From Eledone cirrhosa (Eukaryota), in the NCBI GenBank assembly GCA_964016885.1, contig OZ024757.1, positions 2,790,001-2,854,000 of the forward strand: DNA of 64,000 bases. Reading direction: 5' to 3'. Position 1 is the stretch's first letter. The number at the start of each line of letters is the position of its first letter. Below the pieces are notes generated by a model. It was not told the origin of the DNA, did not search any database, and was given only the letters and a program-made list of their open reading frames with translations. The position numbers were made by a program, and so were the translations under genes. This document shows, in pieces, positions 1-9,512 of this stretch.

Positions 1-206
1 CTGTGTCTGCTCCAAATTTTGACCAATCCTCTTGACAACTACAATCTTCCCATATAAGGAAGTACCCCTTGAAAAGTACCCCGGCTATTTATTTACCAGA
101 CTAAAAAAACTCTTACTTTAGTCCAGAAATAGCCGTCGAAACGGCTTGAGCTTTGCCGTCGGGATCATACTTTTTCATATATATATATATTATTCTTATT
201 ATTACT

Positions 207-408
207 CGGTGGATTGGCAGTATCGGTAGAGGGTCGAACGCCATGCTTTCCAGCATAGTTACGTCCCTTTACGATCTGAGTTCAAAATCCCGCCGAGGTT
301 GACTTTGCCTTTCATCCTTACGGGGTCGATAAAATAAAGCACCAGTAATGCACTGGGTAATTGCTGGCCTTGTGCCTAACGTAGAAACAATTAACGTAGA
401 AACAATTA

Positions 409-410
<2 letters not shown>
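207..410 (+). mobile_element. tRNA-derived SINE (family S1), copy 1
   Basis: A-box-like TGGCAGTATCGG, B-box-like GAGTTCAAAATCC and central GCCTTTCATCCTTACGGGGTCGATAAAAT (resembles the Meta/MESC SINE domain, from memory). Tail CCTTGTGCC..AGAAACAATTATT carries a local duplication. Near-identical to 1578-1767 and similar to 28799-29013. Confidence 0.85.

Positions 411-498
<88 letters not shown>
411..498. repeat. (TA)n microsatellite
   Basis: Direct reading. Confidence 0.98.
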
Positions 499-499
<1 letters not shown>

Positions 500-919
500 C
501 CGATTTTTCATTCACTTGTTAATTCGTATTTGACTCGAGATATGTTGGTTGAGTACTTATAGAATCTCGACCCCTACCATCACGGAAATTTCTGAACCAG
601 TGGCCAATCAGTTGACGGTACTTTGGTGACCCGGAGGGATATCAGTTACTACTGTCACATGTTGCATTTACAGCCATAGCCAGCAGAGAAGGGAATCGAA
701 TCCTGTCGATTGATTGGTTATTGATTAGGCGAAACTCGCTGATGAATCCACATGCGCCGATTGTGTATTGTTGCATAATAAATGCAGACAATGGATACTA
801 TAGACTTTCAAAACAAATAAGCGAAGGAAGGAACGCTGCCATGGTTATCAATTTTAAAGGTTCGCAAATAGTAAAGCGAACTCCTTTTTATTGGCAGCAT
901 GGCCCTCCCAAAGTATAGC

Positions 920-922
<3 letters not shown>

Positions 923-951
<29 letters not shown>
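923..951. repeat. (TA)n microsatellite
   Basis: Direct reading. Confidence 0.95.
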
Positions 952-954
<3 letters not shown>

Positions 955-1197
955 GTAATCTGAGTTTTTCGAATATTAATAATAACATTCGATTCGTCTG
1001 CAATTATGCAAACAAGCCTCAATTTATAGCCATGTCAGTAGAATGAACACTTCACTCTTGCACTTGCGTTAGCATGCGAACAGAACTGCAGACACTAATG
1101 TTTCTGGGTTTCACCCTTCATCAGTACAGCTCACTGTTGACCTGCAAAACTGTCAGAGCTAGTGAAAATATATGCTATTTTCAAAAATACACAGTGA

Positions 1198-1297
1198 CTG
1201 ATTGGCCTGATTTGTATATTAGCAGACTGGCTGATCAGTCAGATCTGCATATTAGCTGATCCACTGATCAGCCAGATTTGCATATCAGCAGACTGGC
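1198..1297. repeat. 33-bp minisatellite, 3 units
   Basis: Units start CTGAT at 1198, 1231 and 1264; consensus about CTGATCAGCCAGATTTGCATATTAGCAGACTGG. Confidence 0.85.
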
Positions 1298-1577
1298 ATG
1301 CGAGCGATAAATGGCCGGTTTTGCCAAATTCAAATAATAAAGAAAATTTCGCTCTACATGGCTGAATAAATGTAATCTGAGTTTTTCGAATATTAATGAT
1401 AACATTCGATTCGTTTGCAATTATGCAAACAATCCTCATTTTTATAGCCATGTCAGTAGAATGAACACTTTATTCTTGCTCTTGTGTTGGCATGTGAACA
1501 GAACTGCATTCTACTGACATAGCTATAAAATTGAGGCTTGTTTGCATAATTGCAAACGAATCGAATGTTATTATTAA

Positions 1578-1767
1578 ATGTGGATTGGCAGTATCGATAG
1601 AGGGTCGGATGCCATGCTTTCCAGCATAGTTACGTCCCTTAACGATCTGAGTTCAAATCCCGCTGAGGTTGACTTTGCCTTTCATCCTTACGGGGTCGAT
1701 AAAATAAAGTACCAGTAATGCACTGGGTAATTGCTGGCCTTGTGCCAAAAGTAGAAACAATTATTAA
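1578..1767 (+). mobile_element. tRNA-derived SINE S1, copy 2, with 8-bp TSD
   Basis: Same head, central domain and tail as 207-410. Flanked by ATTATTAA at 1570-1577 and 1760-1767; removing it restores the host repeat exactly. Confidence 0.9.
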
Positions 1768-2003
1768 TATTCGAAAAACTCAGATTACATTTATTGTATT
1801 CAGCCATGTAGAGCGAAATTTTCTTTCTATATATATATACACACAGATGAATTTATGCTTTATAGTTTGTCATTTGTTGATATCGATTACTCCTCGAATA
1901 TGAGTAAATTCTCTGTCCATTCAGTTAATATATATCTGCAGGTTGTTCCGTGGATTTTGGGTGCACATTTCTGACAATAAATTTTGACACATGTTGATAA
2001 TCC

Positions 2004-2134
2004 TTGTTTTTCCTGAAGAGATGAGGTAGATAAACTGATTTACTATCATATTTACATCAACAATGAAATTATTTTCGTTGCTAATTATGGAATAATTCTA
2101 TATTTAACTAATCGAAACATTTGTTGGAAAACAA
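2004..2134 (+). ncRNA. Type I hammerhead ribozyme motif
   Basis: Stem I TTGTTTTTC(2004-12)/GGAAAACAA(2126-34); core CTGAAGA 2013-19; stem II GATGAGGTAGATA/TATTTAACTAATC; GAAA 2114-17; near-palindromic stem III ACATTTGT; GUU cleavage triplet ending at 2125. Confidence 0.7.
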
Positions 2135-2207
2135 ACAATTTCGAATCGATTGATATCTTTGCTTGACTTTCTATATATATATACACACACATATATATAT
2201 ATATATG

Positions 2208-2308
2208 CAGGGTGTCCTCAAAAATGTATACACACTTCAACAGCATTCTAATAAATATTGCCTGTACACGAAATCAAAGTGCCTACACATTTTCTGGGAG
2301 ACACTCTG
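2208..2308. mobile_element. Tc1/mariner-type MITE remnant
   Basis: Imperfect ~30-bp terminal inverted repeats CAGGGTGTCC..AAAATGTATACACACTT and AAGTGCCTACACATTTT..GACACTCTG; TA on the right and TG on the left, inside a TA-rich tract. Confidence 0.65.
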
Positions 2309-2360
2309 TATATGTATGTATATACATATATATGTATTATATATATATATATATAAGTAT

Positions 2361-2498
2361 AAAGTCTCATTTTCAGCTGAGTATACTGGAGCAACGTGAA
2401 ATAAAGTGTCTTGCTCAAGAATACAACACACAACCCAGGAATCGAACCCACGACATTATGATCGCAAGTCCAACACCCTTACCACTTGGCCACACACC
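2361..2498 (-). mobile_element. tRNA-derived SINE (family S2, CORE/V-like domain), 3'-truncated
   Basis: The minus strand reads GGTGTGTGGCCAAGTGG (A box), GGGTTCGATTCC (B box), then TTCTTGAGCAAGACACTTTA..TTGCTCCAG..CTCAGCTG. Confidence 0.8.
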
Positions 2499-2533
2499 AT
2501 ATATATATTATATATATATATACATATACATAT

Positions 2534-2615
<82 letters not shown>

Positions 2616-2630
2616 CATATATATATATAC

Positions 2631-2716
<86 letters not shown>
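2499..2716. repeat. Interrupted (TA)n/(TACA)n microsatellite
   Basis: Direct reading. Confidence 0.97.
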
Positions 2717-2727
<11 letters not shown>

Positions 2728-3018
2728 TCAAATGATTACAATTTTTTACAATTTGGCTTCGTTTATTACTGCTATATATATTTTGGTGACAGCCATCTTT
2801 GGCTGTGACCTCTTCAGGCAGTCCGAATTAGTGTGGTAGAGACGAGTACAGATGTTGTTGAGGTGTATAACTTTGTCAATACTCTGATATGCCCAGTTCC
2901 TGATTGGGTTGTTATTTCACTGAGGAACTGGAATCAAGATGGCTGTCACCGAAATATATATAGCAGTAATAAACGAAGCCAAATTTTAAAAAATTGTAAA
3001 CATTTGACTTATTTATTT
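2717..3018. mobile_element. Inverted-repeat element carrying a hammerhead motif (Penelope-like terminal remnant)
   Basis: 2717-2799 is the imperfect reverse complement of 2936-3018. The left arm extends into a full hammerhead fold. Confidence 0.65.
2768..2822 (-). ncRNA. Minimal type I hammerhead ribozyme motif with G12->A substitution
   Basis: Minus strand: ACTGC-CTGAAGA-GGTCACAGCC(aaagat)GGCTGTCACC-AAAA-TATATA-TA-GCAGT. The inverted copy at 2951-2954 keeps canonical GAAA. Confidence 0.75.
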
Positions 3019-3115
3019 TACTCCATTACTCCGGAGTAACCAAACCAACCTGCGCACTTCGTCGAGTGCTCCAATCTGCATACTAAGGTGTTGGTATACA
3101 ACCAACATATACTCA

Positions 3116-3146
<31 letters not shown>

Positions 3147-3430
3147 AGTGTTTATTAGCAACATATCTCTCCCCCACCCAAAGTATAAGAATTTTTACTT
3201 AATTTATTTATATGTCGACATAAATGAGATACCAGTAATATATTGGGATTCAATTCAAACCCCTATAAATTATTCTATATACAACCCGGTCATTTAAAGG
3301 TCATTTTCGCCCTTTATGTGAGAAGTTGTGGACCCCATATTCCCGGCTTGATTCCCTTCCTGTTGCCATCCATTTTAGTTACCAATATGTAACAATACGG
3401 TGTAATTCTTCTACAAAACACTCTCAATGA

Positions 3431-3508
3431 GGGCGGTGGATTGGTAGAATCGATAGAGCAACGGACACCCTGCTTTGTGGCAGAGAGTTACGGCCCTTTG
3501 CGTTCTGG
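3431..3508 (+). mobile_element. SINE S1 5' head fragment
   Basis: GGCGGTGGATTGGTAGAATCGATAGAGC..GGCCCTTTGCGTTCTG matches the head of 28799-28870; it stops before the B box. Confidence 0.75.
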
Positions 3509-3625
3509 GAAAGTTTCCTTTGTTTCTTTTTTTTTGTTACATCCGTTGTTTTTGTTTTATACTCATTTTTATAAGCAGAAATCCACATTGTACCGTCCTG
3601 TACCACCCTCTACCGTCCAGTACCG
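3505..3625 (+). mobile_element. Tx1-like 3' UTR fragment
   Basis: TTTTGTTACATCC..GCAGAAATCCACATTGTACCGTCCTGTACC matches the 3' UTRs at 12190-12300, 15660-15815 and 28615-28720; followed by (ATT)n. Confidence 0.7.
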
Positions 3626-3672
3626 TTATTATTATTAATATTTTTTTATTTTTATTATTTTCTTTCATTATT

Positions 3673-6600
3673 GTTTCTGAGATATATGGCGAGTGTTTTC
3701 CTGACACCTAGGGCAAATAAATTCACAGTGTGCATTGGTAAGCGCATTGATTATAATTTAAAAAAAAAACAGTATACATATATACACATGTGCATATGTA
3801 AATACAAGGAGGGATATCAATCTTACAGAGATAGTGCTCTTCTCAATACGTGTGCAGTACCAGTCAAAACAAATTTTTGCACCTCGTGCAAACCAGGAAT
3901 CATTCACAAATATTGTTCTGTTCCTTTCTTGATCATTCCCAGTCCTCCCACAATCACTGGTATTGTAACGGCCTTGAGGTGCCACATTTTCTCAATTTCA
4001 ATAAGCAGATCTTTATATTTTCGTAGCTTGTCAAACTCCTTTGCCGCGATATTGTGATCACATGGGATGTTCATATCTATCAATAAACAAACCTTGTTAC
4101 GTTGATCTTTTACAATGATGTCAGGTCTATTTGGTTTTATGGTCTTGTCAGTATGTTCAGGAAAGTCCCAGAGAATTGTTACTTTTTCTCCTTCAGTTAC
4201 AGCCTCAGGGTGATGGTTGTACCACTTGTCTCCATCTTTGATTTTGTAATGCCGACATATTACCCAGTGTAGATATTGGCCAACTCTGTCATGTCTATAT
4301 TTGTATTCTAAAACTTTACATCCGGAGACTAAATGATCCACTGTTTCAACCCCAGCGTTGCAGAATCGGCACTTTGGGTTTATTCCGTTTCTCATTACAT
4401 TGGCCTGGTAATTACGAGTCAATAAGTTTTGATCTTGGGAAGCTAAGATGTAGCCTTCACTCTCCGCCTTTAGCCCTGAACTACGTAGCCACTGATGGGT
4501 GTGCTTTTGGTCAACATCCGCTTGTTTACTACGGGCCACATATTTGTCATGCAGAGGTTTCTGCTCCCAATTTGATACTAATTGTCCTTGCCATTTTGCT
4601 TTTGCAAGTGATTTTATGTGTCTAGCAGCATTAGTTGCATCAGTTTCTTTAGTCTGTACAGCCTGGGTATCAAGCATGAGATCAGTAGCATATTTCTTGC
4701 TCTCCTTCAAGATAGAATGAAGCTTCTTACTTCTCTCATGCTTTTCAACAAGTTTCAGCATACAGTCGTTAGTTGTTTCAAGGTATTTGGCCAGTCCAAT
4801 GATGGTGGTCTTGTAAGCAGGTTCAAATTGGATCAGGCCACGGCCTCCCTGAGTTCTAGGAAGGTAAAGACGATCCACATCTGCTGTTGGGTGGTGCATC
4901 CTATTACAGGTCAGTAGCTTAGGGACTTTGGTGTCGATTCTTTTGATTTCACTCATATTCCAGTTCAACACACCGAAGCTATAAGTGACATCTGGGACTG
5001 TCAAGGAATTTATGGCTAGCACCTTGTTACGAACGTTTAGTTCTGATCTCAGAACTGCACGTACTCTCCTGTAACATTCTTTCCTTATCCTCTCTTTCAT
5101 ACTTGCATGCTGTATACCAGAGCCCTCATTAATCCCTAAGTATTTATAGGTTTGTTCCTGCTCAAGTTCCTTTATGATTGTTTCAGCATCCAATTCAACT
5201 GAGTCTGAGTTGACAAGCTTCCCCTTCTTGAAAGTGGCTTTTGAAAACTTGTCAAGTCCAAACTCCATCCTGATGTCATCGCTAAACGTTTTTACTGTCC
5301 GCAAAAGGCCTTCCAGTTCGTCATTATCTTTGCAATATCGCTTCAAATCATCCATATAAAATAGGTGGCTTATTTTGTTGTTGTCAATTCTATAACCGTA
5401 CCTTGTTCTATTAAGCTCGGATGTAAGGGGTATTAAAGCTATGCAGAAAAGCAAGGGTGAAAGTGAGTCACCCTGGAACATACCACAGTTGATGTTTATA
5501 TTCCTAGAGCACAGTACTCCAGTGGAATGAGACAATTGGAGATTTGTGTTCCATAATGACATATTGTGCTTCAGGAAGTTTGAGATCACAGGTGATATTT
5601 TGAAGATGTCCAGTGATTTCAGAATCCATGAGTGTGGTATGCTGTCAATGGCTTTTTTATAATCGATCCATGCAGAACTGAGATTTCTGTGTTTATTATG
5701 ACAGCTCTGAAGGATCATACGATTAATCAAAAGTTGATCTTTGCAACAATATGAACCCCGTCGGCACCCTTTTTGTTTAATGGGGAAAAGATTGTTCTCC
5801 TCCAAAAACACGTATGCTTTTTCCATGAGATTAATAGTTTATAAGTGGTGGAAAAGCATGTTATGGGCCGCAAGTTTTTTTTATCTTTGGTTTCGTTGTT
5901 CTTTGGTAGAAGGTAGGTAATGCCACTTGCTATCCAATCAGGTGTATTTTTTGGATCTTTCATAATTCCATTAAACAGCTTGACCAATATATTGTGAGTG
6001 CACGGGAGTGAGGAAAGCCAGAAATATGGCACCCTGTCTCTACCAGGAGATTTCCATTTATGAGATTTATTGAGTGCTGTCCTTAAGTCCGCTATAGAGA
6101 TGTTTCCCCACGCCTGTTCTAAATTTTTGTATGATATTTCAAGGCGACTAATCCAATCTACATTAGTATTATATGTCTTCTCATCACTTCAAATCTTACT
6201 CTAAGAAGTTTTCAACTTCTTATATGGACGGGACGGGGGGGGGGGGGGGGGGGTCATCAATAATTATTTTTTCCTTCCCTACTTCTCTATAAAATGACTT
6301 AGCATTGGATGAGAACAACTTATTTTGCCTGTAGAAGTTGTTTCACTTCTCGAATCTACGAATTCGTTGGGCTTTTACTTGGACTTTTTGTTTCAGAGAT
6401 TCTTTTGTTGAAACTATTGCTTCTCTAGAAGACAGTCCATATTTTCTCTTTAGCTTTCTTACCTTCTTGGATCTTATATCATTTCCAGCGGTTAACTCAC
6501 TCAATAAAGATATTTCTCCTCTCATTACGTCGATCTCCTTTTCGCTTCTACTCCTCCAAATTGGTTTACCTCGAAGGTTCGACTTCTTTTGTTTTTTTTG

Positions 6601-7130
6601 GTGGTAAACAACTTGTTTCAATTACTTTAGCAGATGCACAAATGATTTTATTTAGCTCAGTAAGATCAGGTTCTAGTTCTTCTATGATTTCTTTTGTTAC
6701 AGAATTACCAATCATTATTTGTTTTCTATTTTGGATTGTATTTTGGAGTTTTTGAAGTGGTTCTCTATCATTTATACTACAATGTCTTACTACTGCAAGC
6801 TCATTCAGTATTTTTTGCTTTAATTCCTTCATAGTCTTCCTGTGTTCTTCAGCAGATGTTTGGTTTTAAATTACCGTTTCTAAGTCCCTCTCCTGGCTAT
6901 TTTCAGCGGGTTCAATAGGGCTTCTCATTTCTACAAACCTATTTGTGATTTGGTCAGATGGAGGTCTTTCTTCAGTTCTTTCATAATTTATATTTATGTC
7001 ATTCTACACAGCCTGCTTGATCGCAGTTAGTTCAGTGTCTGTGAGTCTATTATTTCTGAAGACATACCTCCTTACACTTGCCAATTTATTTCCATCCATA
7101 TCACGTCTGCTAGCTTGATTCCGAGGTTTT
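3673..7130 (-). mobile_element. R4/Dong-clade non-LTR retrotransposon, family 1 (D0), decayed and slightly 5'-truncated
   Basis: RT motifs QGDSLSPLLF and FYMDDLK; CCHC finger CRFC..HLVSGC; RHD; RLE motif RPDIIVKD..ID; flanked by (ATT)n on both sides. Confidence 0.9.
3823..7126 (-). pseudogene. Disrupted RT-RLE polyprotein of D0
   Basis: ORF pieces 6566-6832, 6343-6621, 5727-6032 and 3904-5826. Premature stop at 3904; the C-terminus ..GTAHVLRRALSL* ends at 3823. Several stops and frameshifts, and a poly-G run at 6235-6253. Confidence 0.85.
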
Positions 7131-7154
7131 ATTATTATTATTATTATTATTATT
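7129..7154. repeat. (ATT)n target microsatellite
   Basis: Separates the D0 5' end from the Tx1-A 5' end. Confidence 0.97.
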
Positions 7155-7344
7155 GAATGCCATGGTTGACGGAGGCTCGGCTCTGTAACAATTGTAAATT
7201 GTTTAAAACTTGAACCAAATTGTAGATAAAAACACCCTCCTCCTCGTGAGAGGGGTCTGTCTGCCCGTTATTTGGCCCTTCGGGGTTAAATAACCGCTTA
7301 TTGGGGTTTTGTGCCCAATATTCATTTTAAACCAAAAAACAAAC

Positions 7345-9479
7345 ATGGCTACAAAAAAGAATTTTCACAAGTCACTCCCACTCATTCCGTCTTCTTCTTC
7401 CTCAATCGTCACTACACCAGAGAGAAGATTGTCTCTCTCCCTCACTTCTCTAAATGTGGTGTCGCCTCTTTCGCAAGCGACGCCATTAAAGAAAAAGTAA
7501 AATATAGTTTCTGGTAGCTTTCACCAAGAGAATGTGCATTCCGTGGAACATTTCTCCACGACGACGACAACGACGAAAAATGTGTGCGGTAAATACGGAA
7601 AGCCATTTCATTCGTCTGACGTCATGAAGAATAGCAGCAGCCGTAATAACAGCAGCAGCAGCAGTGACAAGGAAAACACTAGTAGCAGCCGCAACAACAT
7701 CAGAAGCAGCATAAAGAACAACAGCAGCAGCAGCAACAGCAACAACAACAGCAGCAGCAGCAAAACAACAACCACAGCAACAGCGGTGGCGGCGATCGTA
7801 GTACCAGCAGCAACAACAAAAGTAACAGCAGCTCTGACGACAACAACAACAACAAGAAAGAAAAACCAATCTCGTTTGCAGGTATCGCAAAGAACCTGGA
7901 AACCATCCTCATAACAAATGAGGAATTACAGCAAGCAAAGAAGATGGTGACGAAAACCGGTCACCGAGCAATCTGCAAGGTAGCCGAAAAACCTTTCGAA
8001 ACCCAACAATACTGTACGGTCACGTACCGTACAGTAAGCACAACATCACGTAGGGTTAAAAGAGCCACAGAGGCTCAAATACAAAAAGCCTTAGGGTCTG
8101 TGTGGCAGCGGAAAACGCACATCACCCGAGGCAAGAAATATGCCACCGTGGACGTGCTTTTTGCCACACCCAGGAGACAAAGGCTCAATCCTTAGTGACC
8201 ATAAGGAGCGAGGAAATGGTGTTGGTGCCCTCCTACTGCGGGCAAAAATTTGAGAGGGTCAAACTGATCCACGTCCCCCCGGGATGGCCCCTTCTTGGCT
8301 GGCCGCGTCTGTCCTCGTCGGAATCGAGGACAAAACAACTGTACTGCAAGTACAGAAAAAAGTACGAGAAGATTGGGTCGGCACCTCCATTGAGATGTTA
8401 ATTCAAAACCAGGAGTGCATCGAAGCTATCCCGGATGTGATAGACTTCGATAACGGCACTGAACTGCCCATAAGTGTTGAGGGCAAACGCCCGAAATGTT
8501 TCGCTGTGGGTCGAAGACTCACCTCAGGGCCTTCTGCAATGAGAAGAACCTGAGAAAGGAGAAAACCACCCTCCTTCCGAAACCGGCTCCACTGCTACCA
8601 GCAACAGGACAAGCGGCAAGCAGGAAGGATAGGTCCGTGGCACCCATACCCACGCCACGGAAATCAAGAACAACAGCAGCAGTGGAAGTATTAACAACAA
8701 CAACAGTAATACCAACTGCAGCTGCAACAGAGACTCCAGTGCAACCATCACCAGCAAGAACAAGAGAAAGTGGAGCTGGTACCCCTCCCCGACCTCACAA
8801 AATCGGACATGGAGTGTGAGGTGGGAGAGGGATGGCAAAAGGTCGCAAGAAGGCACAAACGCAGAAGCAGCGCATCGTCGCCTTCGAAAAGGGAGGGAAG
8901 AAATGAAAAAAGGGTAAAGGCTACTGCAAAGAGACTTACAGCAGCAACACCACCAACACCATCATCACTCACACTAGCACCACCATCACCACCGGCGGCA
9001 ACCCCACCGCCAACAACAACAACACCTTCAACACCACCACCACAAGCACCAACATCGCAAACACAACAACAAAACACACACACCCAGCAACAACGACAAG
9101 AAAATAGCAGAACCACGACCCACCCCCAGAAAAAGAAATGCACGGCAATAAATACACACAACAAGAAACTAATGACTTACATAATTGAACACACAGACAT
9201 TTCACAGCACGACTACATAATACCAGCACCAATCAAAATACCAACGAACATAAGACTGTTAAGAATAGCACAGAAACAATACACAAACATTAAATAAAAT
9301 TCCCCAACGCAGTTGATGATTTCAGAGACCTAGGAGGGACACTCAACCGGAGAGTATATTCGGATATACTCACAGAAGAGCCGACGACCAGCCGAAGGGA
9401 CGATTCAACGGTCCCTTCACCAGACGATCAAGTGGAAAGGGATGGAGAAAGCATCCTTCCTCTACGAGAAGTAAGGTAA
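7345..9479 (+). pseudogene. Tx1-A ORF1 (nucleic-acid-binding protein with CCHC zinc knuckle), disrupted
   Basis: MATKKNF start; S/N/T-rich repeats; knuckle C-x2-C-x4-H-x4-C (KCFRCGSKTHLRAFC) broken by a frameshift; stop at 7498 and several frameshifts. Confidence 0.8.
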
Positions 9480-9512
9480 GTGGTTTTCCCATCTTTTCCA
9501 CTCTATTTCAAC

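Larger units (their letters stand above)
950..1828. mobile_element. Direct-plus-inverted repeat element (Penelope-like pseudo-LTR arrangement), non-coding remnant
   Basis: 950-1090 is directly repeated at 1367-1509. 1508-1577 and 1760-1828 form an inverted copy of about 1340-1463, interrupted by a SINE. The repeat structure is seen directly; the PLE assignment is inference. Confidence 0.55.

Noticed and set aside
131-146. AGCCGT-CGAA-ACGGCT hairpin as part of a hammerhead
   Set aside because: No CUGANGA core or stem I on either strand.
2420-2498. tRNA gene
   Set aside because: A and B boxes are present but there is no proper cloverleaf, and it continues into a SINE body.
269-2726. ORFs with YIYIYI runs
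   Set aside because: Translations of (TA)n microsatellites.
3214-3262. Degenerate SINE S1 3' remnant
   Set aside because: Similarity (GTCGA..ATACCAGTAATA..TGGG) is too short and diverged to call confidently.
6235-6253. Poly-G run as a functional G-quadruplex
   Set aside because: A homopolymer expansion inside a dead Dong ORF; its length is unreliable in assemblies.
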